NCBI GenBank assembly: GCA_965221775.1
Contig: CBDCSU010000004.1
Location: 192,001-256,000, forward strand
Length of the DNA stretch: 64,000 nucleotides
Reading direction: 5' to 3'
Source: Candidatus Latescibacterota bacterium
GTDB lineage: Bacteria; Latescibacterota; UBA2968; UBA8231
The notes below the pieces were generated by a model. That model was not told the DNA's origin and ran no database searches. It was given only the letters and a program-made list of their open reading frames with translations. Below are positions 1 to 9,893 of the stretch, one piece after another. Made by a program: the position numbers and the translations under genes. The stretch's first letter is position 1. Every line of letters starts with the position of its first letter.

Positions 1-1625
1 ACGAGGACGGCCGCCTGACGATCTGGAGCAGCAGCCAGGGCCACTTCTCGGTGCGCGAGCAGACGGCCCGGGTCTGCGGGGTGCCGGTGTCGCAGGTGCG
101 CGCCGTGCCGCTCGAGATCGGCGGCGGCTTCGGCGCCAAGCTGCGGGTCTACGTGGAGCCGGTGGCGGCCCTGCTGGCGCGCAAGGCAGGGGTGCCGGTG
201 AAGGTCGCCATGACCCGCGCCGAGGTCTTCGAGGCCACGGGGCCCGCCTCGGGCACGCAGATCCAGGTGCGCCTGGGGGCCACCCGCCACGGCCGCCTCA
301 CCGCCGCCTCGGCCCGCCTGGTCTACGAGGCCGGCTGCTTCCCCGGCTCCTCCGTGGGAGCGGGGATGCGCTGCATGCTCTCGCCCTACGCCATCCCGCA
401 CGCCGCCATCGAGGGCTTCGACGTGGTGGTCAACCGCCCGAAGACCGCCGCCTACCGGGCGCCGGGTACGCCGGCGGCGGCCTACGCCGTGGAGACCGCC
501 CTCGACGAGCTGGCCGAGCGGCTGGGCATGGACCCCCTCGAGCTGCGCCTGAAGAACTGCGCCGCCGAGGGCACGCGCACCATCGCCGGGACGGCCCTGC
601 CCAAGGTCGGGTTCGCCGAGGTCCTGGAAGCGGCGCGGGACCACCACCACTTCCGCACACCTCTCGAGGGAGCGTGGAGGGGGCGGGGCGTGGCCAGCGG
701 CTACTGGGGCAACGGCTCCGGCCCTTCGAGCGCCGTGGCGGTGGTCCACGCCGACGGCACCGTGCACCTGGCCGAGGGCTCGCCCGACATCGGCGGCACC
801 CGTACCTCGGTGGCGCAGCAGTTCGCCGAGACCCTGGGCGTGGCCGTGGAGGACGTGCGCCCCGAGGTGGCCGACACCGACTCGGTGGGCCAGACCTCCA
901 ACACCGGCGGCAGCGGCGTCACCTTCAAGACCGGCCACGCGGCGATCGCCGCCGCCGAGGACGTGAAGCGCCAGTTGGTGGAGAGGGCCGCGCGCATCTG
1001 GGAGTGCGACCCCGCGCAGGTGAGCTGCACCGGCGGTGTGCTGACGCACGCGGGCGACCCGGAGCTGCGGCTCACCATGAAGGAGATCGCCGCCGGCGCC
1101 GCCACCACGGGCGGCCCCATCGTCGGCCGGGCCGGGGTCAGCCCCTCGGGCGCCGGCCCCGCCCTGGCGACGCACATCGTCGACGTCGAGGTCGACCCCG
1201 AGACCGGCAAGGTGGAGATCCTGCGCTACACCGCCGTGCAGGACGCCGGCAAGGCGATCCACCCGGGCTACGTGGAGGGCCAGATCCAGGGCGCCGTCGC
1301 CCAGGGGGTGGGCTGGGCGTTGAACGAGGAGTACTTCACCAACGCCGAGGGCGTCATGGAGAACTCCACCTTCCTCGACTACCGCATGCCCACCAGCCTC
1401 GACCTGCCCATGGTCGACACGGTGATCGTCGAGGTCCCCAACCCCGGCCACCCCTACGGCGTGCGCGGCGTCGGCGAGGTGCCGATCGTGCCGCCCCTGG
1501 CGGCGGTGGCCAACGCCGTGTACGCCGCCACCGGCGCCCGCATCGACGACCTGCCCATGAACCCGCCGGCGGTGGCGGCGGCCGTCGCGCGGGTCCAGGA
1601 AGAGCGGCTGGCGGCGGGGGGTTGA
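1..1625 (+). CDS. Xanthine dehydrogenase/CoxL family molybdopterin-binding subunit, 5' end outside the window
   Basis: Motifs IGGGFGAK, AYRAPG, VEVDPETG, VEGQIQG, DYRMPT, GVRGVGEVPIVP. The frame is open from the window edge (EDGRLTIWSSSQG). Confidence 0.92.
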   Translation, partial: EDGRLTIWSSSQGHFSVREQTARVCGVPVSQVRAVPLEIGGGFGAKLRVYVEPVAALLARKAGVPVKVAMTRAEVFEATGPASGTQIQVRLGATRHGRLTAASARLVYEAGCFPGSSVGAGMRCMLSPYAIPHAAIEGFDVVVNRPKTAAYRAPGTPAAAYAVETALDELAERLGMDPLELRLKNCAAEGTRTIAGTALPKVGFAEVLEAARDHHHFRTPLEGAWRGRGVASGYWGNGSGPSSAVAVVHADGTVHLAEGSPDIGGTRTSVAQQFAETLGVAVEDVRPEVADTDSVGQTSNTGGSGVTFKTGHAAIAAAEDVKRQLVERAARIWECDPAQVSCTGGVLTHAGDPELRLTMKEIAAGAATTGGPIVGRAGVSPSGAGPALATHIVDVEVDPETGKVEILRYTAVQDAGKAIHPGYVEGQIQGAVAQGVGWALNEEYFTNAEGVMENSTFLDYRMPTSLDLPMVDTVIVEVPNPGHPYGVRGVGEVPIVPPLAAVANAVYAATGARIDDLPMNPPAVAAAVARVQEERLAAGG

Positions 1626-1627
1626 GG

Positions 1628-4027
1628 GTGAAGGCCTACCCGCAGCCGGAGCCGGTCTTCGGAGAAGCGCGGTGGATCACCGTGCCGGGGCCGCAGCCGC
1701 GGAACTGCACCTTTCTCGCCCGCCGCGGCTTCACGGTGGCCCGGGTTCCTCCGGCGGCGACCCTGCTCATCGCCGCGGAGGCGCGCTACGCGGCGTACCT
1801 CAACGGCCGCTACCTCGGCTCGGGGCCGGCCCGCGGCACCCACTACCGCTACTTCTACGACAGCTACGACGTCGGCGGATTGCTGGCGGAGGGCCGCAAC
1901 ACCCTGGCCGTGCGCGTCCACTGTCCCCTCGGCGGCACCACCGGCACGGTGCCGCCGCCGCTGCCGGCGCTGATCGCGCGCCTCGACCCGCTGGTCGTCA
2001 GCGACGCCTCCTGGCAGGTCTGCGCCGACCCGGCCCATCGCGCCGACGCCCTCCTCTACAACCTCCACATCGGCTACTCCGAGTACCGCGACCTGCGCCG
2101 CGATCCCGAGGGCTGGGAGGTGGGCGAGGACCGCTTCGCCGGTTGGCTGCAGGCGCGCGAGGTGGGCGCCGCCGGGGAAGCTCTCGACGGCCGCGTGCTC
2201 ACCCCGAGGGACATCCCGCCCCTCGCCGGGCGCCACTACCGGCCGGCGCGCATCGTCGACACCGGCGCCGTGCCGCTCCACCGCCCGGGGATCGAGGACG
2301 ACCTGGACTACGCCGGGCTCATGCAGGTGGAGATGCACCTCGGCCTCTCCCACGAGCTCTTCAACGACATCGAGGCTCTCACCCGGGGAGGGACCGCGAC
2401 CGTCATGCCCTCGCCGCGGCTCACCACCCTGGCGGCGGGGGAGGGCGCCTACCTGATCGCCGACTTCGAGCGCGCCGTCTGCGGGCACCTGGTGCTCGAC
2501 ATCGAGGCCCCCGCCGGCACCATCGTCGACGTCGGCTACGACGAGGCCCTCGGCAACGGGCGGCTGGACCCGAAGCGGTTCAACCCCCTCGGACCGATCT
2601 ACCGCTTCGCCGACCGGTTCATCCTGCGGGCCGGCCGGCAGCGGGTGGCCAGCCGGCTCCACGACCGCGGCGCGCGCGTCGTGCAGCTCACTCTGCGCCG
2701 GTTCTCCGAGCCGGTCCGCGTCCACGGACTGGAACTGGTGGACCGCGTCTACCCGCTGCCTCTGCAGGCCTCCTTCCAGTGCGATCAGCCCTTCCTCAAC
2801 CGGCTCTGGGAGAAAGCCGCCGCCACCGTGGCCGCCTGCAGCACCGATCTCTTCATCGACTGTCCGTGGCGCGAGCAGACCTTCTGGCTCGACGACTACT
2901 ACGAGGAGAACCTCTACTACCTCTGCCTCACCGCCGAGCGCACCTTCCTGGAGCGCAACCTGCGGGTGAGCGCCGAGGCGGCTTTCGACAACGGCCAGAT
3001 GCCCGGCAGATATCCGTCGGCCCGCGACGAGCGGCTGCCGGTGACCACCGCCAACTGGATCATGGTCCTGGCCGACTACTACCGGTACACCGGCGACCTG
3101 GTGCTGGTGCGCGAGCTGCTGCCGGCGGCCGACGCCGCCCTGGGGTGGTTCGACTCCCTGCGCGACACCGACCTGCTGGTGCCCGACCAGACCGACCAGT
3201 GGAACTTCATCGACTGGGGGTACGACACGGCGGGCATCCAGCTCGGCGGCAAGACGGCGGTCCTCAACATGCTGGTGGCCGCGGTCTGCGGGGAGGCGGC
3301 GCGGCTCCACGAGGCGGCCGGCGACCCGGCGCGGGCGCGGCACCTGGAGGCGCGCTCCCGGGAGACCGTGGCCGCCCTGCTGAAGACCCTGTGGGATCCC
3401 GAAGAACGCCGCCTCCTCGACTGCACCGAGCCCGGAGGCGGCCGGCCCACCTCCAGCCAGATCCCCCACGCCCTCGGCCTCTACTACGGCCTGCTGGAGG
3501 GCGGGCACCGCGAGGCGGCGCTGCAGGCCCTTCTCGATCCAGAGGTGGTCCGCGCCGAGCTCGGCTACCAGTACTTCGTGCTCGCCTCCCTGGCGCGCGC
3601 CGGCCGCGGCGACCGCGCCCTGGCCGTGCTGCGCGAGGTGTGGGGCGGGATGGTGGCCGCCGACACGCCGACCCTGTGGGAGGTCGTCGACGGCCGCTCC
3701 TCCATGAGCGGCTGCGGCAGCCTGTGCCACGCGTACGCCTGCGCCCCCCTGCCGATCCTGCAGAGCACGGTCCTCGGCGTCACTCCGCTGAGCCCGGGGT
3801 TCGCCGAGTTCCGCTTCGCCCCCCGGGGCCCGGGGATCCGCTGGGCCGAGGGCAAGGTGCCGACGCCCCACGGCGCGGTGGAGGTGGCCTGGTCGCAACG
3901 CGAGTCCGACGAACCTCTGGAGGCCACCATCGCGGTGCCGGAGGGGGCGGTTGCGGTCTGCGCCGATGGGCGGCGCCTCGGGGCGGGGACCCACGGCCTG
4001 CGGATCGCCGCGGAAGAGTCGGCCTGA
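1628..4027 (+). CDS. Alpha-L-rhamnosidase-like glycoside hydrolase (GH78 family)
   Basis: Motifs YLNGRYLGSGP, DCPWREQ, FIDW, TLWE, SLCHAY and the C-terminal GKVPTPHGAVEVAW. GTG start 2 nt after the upstream stop; the ORF-track N-terminal extension is shadow sequence. Confidence 0.85.
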   Translation: MKAYPQPEPVFGEARWITVPGPQPRNCTFLARRGFTVARVPPAATLLIAAEARYAAYLNGRYLGSGPARGTHYRYFYDSYDVGGLLAEGRNTLAVRVHCPLGGTTGTVPPPLPALIARLDPLVVSDASWQVCADPAHRADALLYNLHIGYSEYRDLRRDPEGWEVGEDRFAGWLQAREVGAAGEALDGRVLTPRDIPPLAGRHYRPARIVDTGAVPLHRPGIEDDLDYAGLMQVEMHLGLSHELFNDIEALTRGGTATVMPSPRLTTLAAGEGAYLIADFERAVCGHLVLDIEAPAGTIVDVGYDEALGNGRLDPKRFNPLGPIYRFADRFILRAGRQRVASRLHDRGARVVQLTLRRFSEPVRVHGLELVDRVYPLPLQASFQCDQPFLNRLWEKAAATVAACSTDLFIDCPWREQTFWLDDYYEENLYYLCLTAERTFLERNLRVSAEAAFDNGQMPGRYPSARDERLPVTTANWIMVLADYYRYTGDLVLVRELLPAADAALGWFDSLRDTDLLVPDQTDQWNFIDWGYDTAGIQLGGKTAVLNMLVAAVCGEAARLHEAAGDPARARHLEARSRETVAALLKTLWDPEERRLLDCTEPGGGRPTSSQIPHALGLYYGLLEGGHREAALQALLDPEVVRAELGYQYFVLASLARAGRGDRALAVLREVWGGMVAADTPTLWEVVDGRSSMSGCGSLCHAYACAPLPILQSTVLGVTPLSPGFAEFRFAPRGPGIRWAEGKVPTPHGAVEVAWSQRESDEPLEATIAVPEGAVAVCADGRRLGAGTHGLRIAAEESA

Positions 4028-4050
4028 GCAGCGTCTTGGATGTGTCCGCC

Positions 4051-6804
4051 ATGAGCGCCGAACTGGTCCTGCACTACGCCTTCACCGAGTCCGGGGACGA
4101 CCCCATCGTGCGGGACCTGAGCGGAGCCGGCAACGACGGCAGGATCGTGGGCGGCGCCCGGCGCGTGGAGGTCGAGTCCGGCGGCGCCCTGGAGCTCGAC
4201 GGGACGGACGGCCACGTCGACTGCGGGGCCGGCCCGGCCCTGAACATCGGCGAGGCCGGCACGATCATGCTCTGGCTGAAGCCCCGGGCCCCGCTGCAGG
4301 GCGGGATCGTCAGCTGGTCCGCGGGCCCGGAGGAGGCGGATCAGCGCCTGGTCGTGTCCCTGCACACCTGGAAGGAGAGCGGCTTCGCCGGGGATCAGGT
4401 CCACGAGGCCCTGGGCACGTACTTCTCGGACGGCGAGCACTTCGCCGAGCAGTTCCGCACCCCCGAGCACAAGCCCTGGTTGCCGCCGGCCGGCGAGTGG
4501 GTATTCTGGGCCGTCACCTTCGACGGGCGATCGGTGAACTACTACCGCGACGGCGTCGCCGTGGAGACGCGGTTCCAGACGCTGGCGCCCGACACCGGCG
4601 ACGCATCGCTCTGGCTCGGCCGCTGCGTCGGCCTGGGCGGGCCGGGCGACTGTTACAGGGGACTGCTCGGCGACGTGCGCGTCTACCGGGGCGCCTTGAG
4701 CCACCAGGAGATCTACCTGCGCTACATGGAGTCGGCGGCGGGCCGGGGCAAGGAGATCTCCCACTTCGGCTCCGTCGCCATCGAGACGGCGGTCAATCCC
4801 GAGGCCGGAAGGCTCTTCGCCGACCTGGACTACCGCGGCCTGGGGCCGACCGTCGACAGGCCCTCCCTTGCAGTGACCCTTCTCGACGGCGGCGGCGAGG
4901 TCGTGGCCGAAGGGCAGGTGCGCATGGCGCCGTCCTGGGGACATGCCGAGGCGATGCTGGACGTTTCGGAGCTGCCCGCCGGCGGCTACACCTTGCGGGT
5001 CGAGCCCGACCGGGGCCGGGCGGCCAGCGAGACCGTCGAATGGCCGGGAAGAGCGGAGGGCTGGGAGGCGGTGAGGGTGCTGAACAACTTCTGCTGGGAG
5101 CTGCTCGACGAACAGCCGGCTCCCGGGCAGACCGAGCACCTCTTCACCAACCCGCGGCGCGGCTGGGTCTGGTTCCGCACCGAGAGCGAAGGCGACCTGA
5201 CGCTTCGAGTGGCCGGCGCGACGCCGGAGGTCGTCAATCCGGGGGAGGGCGGGCGGCGGGAGGTGATGCGCTGGATGGAGGCCGGCCGGCACCGGATCGC
5301 CCTCAGCGGCACGGGCACGCTCCACCGCCTCACGGTCCGCTCCGTGCCCATCCTCCTGTTCTGGCACTACCCCCACATCGGGCCGGGGACCGGCGACGAC
5401 GGCGAGTACCTGGACCAGCATGTCCTCGGCCCCTGCAACACCCTCCACACCCACCGCCCGGAACCCGGCTCCGCCAACAGCAGGTTCCTGGAGGAATGGG
5501 TGGAGCAGCGAGGACTCCACGCTCTGGAGGGCCTCTACCTGTTGCAGGATGTCCACGACAGGTTCGAGGACGAGACCGCGGAGCAGGGGATCGAGGAGTT
5601 CCTGACGGAGAACGCGGGCATGGGGGAGGCCCGGTACCAGGGGGTGATCATCGACGAGTTCTCCCCCGGCGACGACGTGCAGATGTTCAACAGGAGCTAC
5701 TACGACGAGTGGACGAAGGTCTGCGCCGCCATCCTCGATGATCCCCGGTACGCCGGCCGCTTCATCATGCCGGCCATGGGCTACAACATGTACGACTTCG
5801 AGAAGAGCGCCGCTTTTCTCGCCGGACTGATCGAGCACGGCTCCTACGTCATCGAGGAGCACTACCTGCACCAGTGCCACACCGAGGATCAGGCGTGGCG
5901 GTCGATCCACGAGATCGGCGCCGGCCTCGAGCCGAGGCGGCAGCAGGCGACGCCAGGGTACACGCGGCACACGATCAAGCTGCTCAGCTACCTGCAGCGC
6001 GAGATCTGGAATCCGGCGTGCAGCTTCCGGGTCTTCCTGGACATGCAGTTCGAGCACCATGCCACGCGGCCCGAGTTCTTCGGCGTCGGCGGCATCGGCG
6101 CCTACTCCAGCTACAACTGCAACAACGAGGAGTACGTCCGCTGGGTATCGGCGCTGATGCGGCACTACGCCATCGAGGGCCGGACCGATCGCCTGAGCTC
6201 CGAGCCGTACGCACTCGAGCAGATCCGCAATCCCGACTTTCTCGCGGGGACCGATGGCTGGACGCTGCAGCCCGCGGAGGAGGGGAGCATGGAAGTGAGG
6301 AGCCGCGAGGGCTACGGCCTCACCCAGGAACGGCGCCCCCACCGGAGCCACACGCAGATGCCCTTCCTCTGGACCCGGCGCTCGGGGTCGAGGCCGAACC
6401 GCTTCTCCCAGGAGATCGGCAACCTGGAGGCAGGCGGGTCATATCTCGTGCGTCTGTGGGTGGGCGACTACACCGAGCTGCTGGCCATGGAGTCGAGGGA
6501 CGAGCCGCGGGCGATCCGCCTGCGGGTGGAGGGCGGCGAGGCGTGGGACGGCTGGTACCGCAGCCAGGCCTACGAGGGAGACGAGTTCGCCTTCGCCAGC
6601 TATCTGCCGCCTTTCGACGCCGACAACCGCTACTGGTTCAGGATCCACCAACTCGTCTTCCGCGCCGGCGGGCCCACGGCGCGGCTGGTCGTCGAGGACT
6701 GGAAGGGCGACTCCGGGCCGGGCGGCCCCGTCGGCCAGGAGCTGATGTTCAACATGATCGACGTGCACCCCTACTTCTCACCCGCCGCCGCTCACTCTCC
6801 GTAG
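4051..6804 (+). CDS. Large hypothetical protein with N-terminal LamG/concanavalin A-like domain
   Basis: N-terminal VRDLSGAGNDG...ALELDGTDGHVDCG...WAVTFDG...GLLGDVRVYRGALS is LamG-like. The remainder is unassigned; IRNPDFLAGTDGW resembles the start of a CBM-like jelly roll. Confidence 0.75.
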   Translation: MSAELVLHYAFTESGDDPIVRDLSGAGNDGRIVGGARRVEVESGGALELDGTDGHVDCGAGPALNIGEAGTIMLWLKPRAPLQGGIVSWSAGPEEADQRLVVSLHTWKESGFAGDQVHEALGTYFSDGEHFAEQFRTPEHKPWLPPAGEWVFWAVTFDGRSVNYYRDGVAVETRFQTLAPDTGDASLWLGRCVGLGGPGDCYRGLLGDVRVYRGALSHQEIYLRYMESAAGRGKEISHFGSVAIETAVNPEAGRLFADLDYRGLGPTVDRPSLAVTLLDGGGEVVAEGQVRMAPSWGHAEAMLDVSELPAGGYTLRVEPDRGRAASETVEWPGRAEGWEAVRVLNNFCWELLDEQPAPGQTEHLFTNPRRGWVWFRTESEGDLTLRVAGATPEVVNPGEGGRREVMRWMEAGRHRIALSGTGTLHRLTVRSVPILLFWHYPHIGPGTGDDGEYLDQHVLGPCNTLHTHRPEPGSANSRFLEEWVEQRGLHALEGLYLLQDVHDRFEDETAEQGIEEFLTENAGMGEARYQGVIIDEFSPGDDVQMFNRSYYDEWTKVCAAILDDPRYAGRFIMPAMGYNMYDFEKSAAFLAGLIEHGSYVIEEHYLHQCHTEDQAWRSIHEIGAGLEPRRQQATPGYTRHTIKLLSYLQREIWNPACSFRVFLDMQFEHHATRPEFFGVGGIGAYSSYNCNNEEYVRWVSALMRHYAIEGRTDRLSSEPYALEQIRNPDFLAGTDGWTLQPAEEGSMEVRSREGYGLTQERRPHRSHTQMPFLWTRRSGSRPNRFSQEIGNLEAGGSYLVRLWVGDYTELLAMESRDEPRAIRLRVEGGEAWDGWYRSQAYEGDEFAFASYLPPFDADNRYWFRIHQLVFRAGGPTARLVVEDWKGDSGPGGPVGQELMFNMIDVHPYFSPAAAHSP

Positions 6805-7886
6805 AACCACCGCAGCCCGACGCGGGCCAGGCGGATGCCGTCCAGGGCGTGGTAGTTCACCAGGGCGACGCGGTCGTCGTCGATCCAGGTGAGGCCCGGA
6901 TAGCCGTAGTCCCCGTAGCCGCCCTCCGGGTCGGCCGCCATGCAGCGGAACCGCCCCCAGCTCCGGCCTCCGTCCGTCGAGATCGCCGAGGTCAGGGGCG
7001 AGCGCACCTTGCCGAGGGGAATCTCCAGCTCGCCCACGCGGACCACGGGCTGCTCCTCGCCGCCGTAGAACGCCGGCGCGCGGGGATTTTTGCAGAAGAT
7101 GATCAGAAGGTCCCCGGTGGCGGGGACGCGCGTCGCCAGGAAGCCGGCGCACGGGTCGGGCAGCTCCGGGACCAGCTCCGGCTCGGACCAGGTGAGGGCG
7201 TCGTCCTCGGAATAGCAGCGGGCGAGACAGCCGCTCCGGGTGCGGCAGATCATGATCAGCCGGCCGTCCCCCAGCTCGACCACGCTGGGCTCTTCCGTGG
7301 ACCCGCCGAGGTCGACGCAGCCGCGGCTCGGCCACCAGGAATACCCGCCGTCGTCCGAGTAGAAGCACAGGGAGACGCAGTGGTCTCCGCCCGTGAGCCA
7401 GAATCCCTCCACCGGAATGACGATGCGCCCCGATGACAGTTGGATCACCTTGTCGGCCTGGCTCTGGCAGGACCCCGGGTAGTGGGCGGCGCAGACCGCC
7501 GAGCTCCAGCTCTCTCCCTCGTCGGCGGACCTGCGCACGTACACGTGCTGGTCCAGGGTCGGCGTGTGGTCTCCCCATCCCCGGGGCCGCGCGCTCAGCA
7601 CCTCCAGCGTGTAGAACAGGAGCACCTCGCCGCTCTCCAGCCGCAGCAGGGTGGGGGCGATGGTCTCGAAGTTGTCCTCCCTCGGCAGCGGCGGGAACGG
7701 GTCTCCCCACGTGCGGCCGTCGTCCCGGGAGCTGCGGGCCTCGAGCCAGCACTCGCCCTTGAGCGGGTTGGTCTCGATGGCGTGGACGAAGAGCAGGGAA
7801 CCGTCGGTCCTGCGAAGGATGCTGCCCGAGATGCCGCGGTGGGTGCGGTCGGGCGGCAGGGGGACGACCACGGTCTCTTCAAACAT
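6792..7886 (-). CDS. BNR/Asp-box sialidase-like (exo-alpha-sialidase family) protein
   Basis: Five Asp-box repeats (SRDDGRTW, SADEGESW, SDDGGYSW, SEDDALTW, STDGGRSW), plus EEPSVVELGDG, RSPLT and YGYP. Confidence 0.85.
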   Translation of the reverse strand: MFEETVVVPLPPDRTHRGISGSILRRTDGSLLFVHAIETNPLKGECWLEARSSRDDGRTWGDPFPPLPREDNFETIAPTLLRLESGEVLLFYTLEVLSARPRGWGDHTPTLDQHVYVRRSADEGESWSSAVCAAHYPGSCQSQADKVIQLSSGRIVIPVEGFWLTGGDHCVSLCFYSDDGGYSWWPSRGCVDLGGSTEEPSVVELGDGRLIMICRTRSGCLARCYSEDDALTWSEPELVPELPDPCAGFLATRVPATGDLLIIFCKNPRAPAFYGGEEQPVVRVGELEIPLGKVRSPLTSAISTDGGRSWGRFRCMAADPEGGYGDYGYPGLTWIDDDRVALVNYHALDGIRLARVGLRWFYGE

Positions 7887-8088
7887 GGGCGGGCACCGCG
7901 TCAATGGCCTTCACTTGCAGGCGCTGAGTCCCCGGACCTGATTGCCGGCCGGCGTGCGGGCGCAAGGTAGAAGGCCGGGGGACTGTCAACAACCGCAGGA
8001 GGGAGGAGTCAATGGCAGGACAGACGAGGCGCGAGGCAGGTCGGACCACCGTACCGTCCCGGCGCCGGAGACCCGCCGGAGGGAGGAC

Positions 8089-8949
8089 GTGACCCCGACC
8101 CTGTCCCTCCAGGACCTCGGCTTGCCCTCCGAGGCCATGGTGTGGCACGCGGTTCTGCTCACCGTCATCTCCTTCGGCGTCGGCATCGTGGGAGGCTTCG
8201 TCGGCCTCGCCCTCGGCACGGTGAGGCTGCCCGTGCTGCTGTTCCTCGGCATGCCGTCGACCCTGGCGGCGGGCACCAACATCATCGTCAGCACCGCCAG
8301 CTCTCTCTTCGGGGCCCTGCGCCACATGCGCGAGGGCCGAGTCGACCTGCGGGTCGTGCTGATCATGGGGGTGCCCAGCTTCGGCGGGGCGTTCCTCGGC
8401 GGTTACTACGCCGGCGCGGCGCCCGAGGGGCTGCTGATCCTGGTGGTGGGGGTTCTCGTGCTCTGGCAGGGGATCGAGCTCGTCGGCAAGGCTCGGGCCG
8501 CGGCCCGGAGTCCGGGCGGCCCCGAGGCAGCAGCGATGGCCGATGCCATGGCCGGCGCCCGGGGACGCCGCCGCCACCCGGGGCTGGCCGCGGCCATGGG
8601 TCTGGTCATCGGCGTCACCGGCGGCGCCGTCGGCCTCATCCTGGGGAGCCTGCGGCTGCCCGGGCTGATCCGGGTCCTGGGCATGGACCCGCGGATCGCC
8701 GCCGGGACCAACCTCTTCATCGGCTTCGCCATGGGCGCCTCGGGGTGGACCGCGCATGTCGCCCGGGGCCAGGTCGACTACCCCCTGGCGGTGCTCATGG
8801 GCGCGGCCGCCGTGGCCGGCGTCAACATCGGGGCCCGTCAGACCGGCCGCGCCGGCCTGGGCACCCTGCTGGCGTCGATGGGGGCTGTGCTGATCGTCGT
8901 CGGCGCCCTGATGGCCTGGCGCGGCGTGGACGGGTGGCTGCTCCGCTGA
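8089..8949 (+). CDS. Sulfite exporter TauE/SafE family membrane protein
   Basis: Two-fold internal repeat (AAGTNII / AAGTNLF) and hydrophobic helices. GTG start after a GGAGG Shine-Dalgarno (SD) sequence. Confidence 0.85.
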   Translation: MTPTLSLQDLGLPSEAMVWHAVLLTVISFGVGIVGGFVGLALGTVRLPVLLFLGMPSTLAAGTNIIVSTASSLFGALRHMREGRVDLRVVLIMGVPSFGGAFLGGYYAGAAPEGLLILVVGVLVLWQGIELVGKARAAARSPGGPEAAAMADAMAGARGRRRHPGLAAAMGLVIGVTGGAVGLILGSLRLPGLIRVLGMDPRIAAGTNLFIGFAMGASGWTAHVARGQVDYPLAVLMGAAAVAGVNIGARQTGRAGLGTLLASMGAVLIVVGALMAWRGVDGWLLR

Positions 8950-8954
8950 AAGTC

Positions 8955-9725
8955 CTACTCGGTGCGGCAGAGCAGGCCGCCGTCGACGGCCAGGTGCGTG
9001 CCGGTGACGAAGGAGGCCTCGTCCGAAGCGAGGTAGAGGACGGCGTTGGCGATGTCGCCGCCGTGGCCCAGGCGCCTGGCCGGCACCATCTCGGCGTAGC
9101 GGCGCCGTTCCTCTTCCGGGACCTCGAGGTTGTCCCACAAAGGCGTGAGGATCGCCCCGGGCAGCACCGCGTTGACGCGGATGTCGGGGCCGTAGTCGAG
9201 GGCGAGAACGCGGGTGAGTCCGAGGATGCCGGCCTTGGCGGAGTCGTACGCGGTGCAGGTGGCGAACCCGACCAGGGAGTGGACGGAGCCGGTGTTGATG
9301 ATCGCCCCTCCGCCGGTCCTGCGCATCGCGGGGATTCCGTATTTCGAGGCCAGGAAGACCGCCTTCAGGCCGACGTTCAGGGTGAGGTCCCAGCCCGCTT
9401 CGTCGAGCTCGGTGGCGGAGCCGTGCCGGAAGGCGATGGCGTTGTTGTGCAGGATATCGAGACGCCCGAAGCGCTCCTCGGTGCGGGCGACCATCTCCTC
9501 GATCTCGTCGGTCCGGCTCAGGTCGGTGCGGATGAAGACGCTCTCACCCCCCGTTTCCCGGATCTCCGCGGCCACCCGGTTTCCGTTGATCTCGTCGATG
9601 TCGGCTACCGCCACGGAGGCCCCTTCCTCGGCCAGCCGCCGGGCGGTCGCTTCGCCGATGCCGGAGGCGGCCCCGGTGACGATGGCTGTCTTGCCGGCGA
9701 CGCGGCCGGGTCGTTCCGAGCTCAT
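8955..9725 (-). CDS. SDR family NAD(P)-dependent oxidoreductase
   Basis: TGAASGIG, LHNNA, catalytic YxxxK (YDSAK), IRVNAVLPG, VDGG. AAGGAG SD before the ATG at 9725. Confidence 0.93.
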   Translation of the reverse strand: MSSERPGRVAGKTAIVTGAASGIGEATARRLAEEGASVAVADIDEINGNRVAAEIRETGGESVFIRTDLSRTDEIEEMVARTEERFGRLDILHNNAIAFRHGSATELDEAGWDLTLNVGLKAVFLASKYGIPAMRRTGGGAIINTGSVHSLVGFATCTAYDSAKAGILGLTRVLALDYGPDIRVNAVLPGAILTPLWDNLEVPEEERRRYAEMVPARRLGHGGDIANAVLYLASDEASFVTGTHLAVDGGLLCRTE

Positions 9726-9827
9726 GACCGTCTCCTTCGTTGGGGCTCTGAAGGAAGGGACAGCCACCCGCGCCCTCAAGAGCTCAAGCCACGGATTCCC
9801 GGGGGCATCCCCGGGCCCGGTTTTTTC

Positions 9828-9856
9828 CTGCAAACGCATTCAGAATCACTTATCTT
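9828..9856 (+). promoter_or_regulatory. Possible sigma70 promoter for the TBDR operon
   Basis: CTGCAA-N17-TATCTT in an AT-richer intergenic stretch; the -35 match is weak. Confidence 0.35.
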
Positions 9857-9893
9857 CCGGCCATTCGGGACTGTCGATTAGAGGAGGCTGCTC

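Noticed and set aside
674-1627. N-terminal extensions of ORF-track entries (674..4027, 1672..6804, 24083.., 29014.., 37990.., 40230..)
   Set aside because: These are Arg/Pro/Gly-rich off-frame translations overlapping real genes. True starts lie downstream at coupled or SD-supported codons, so they are not fusions.
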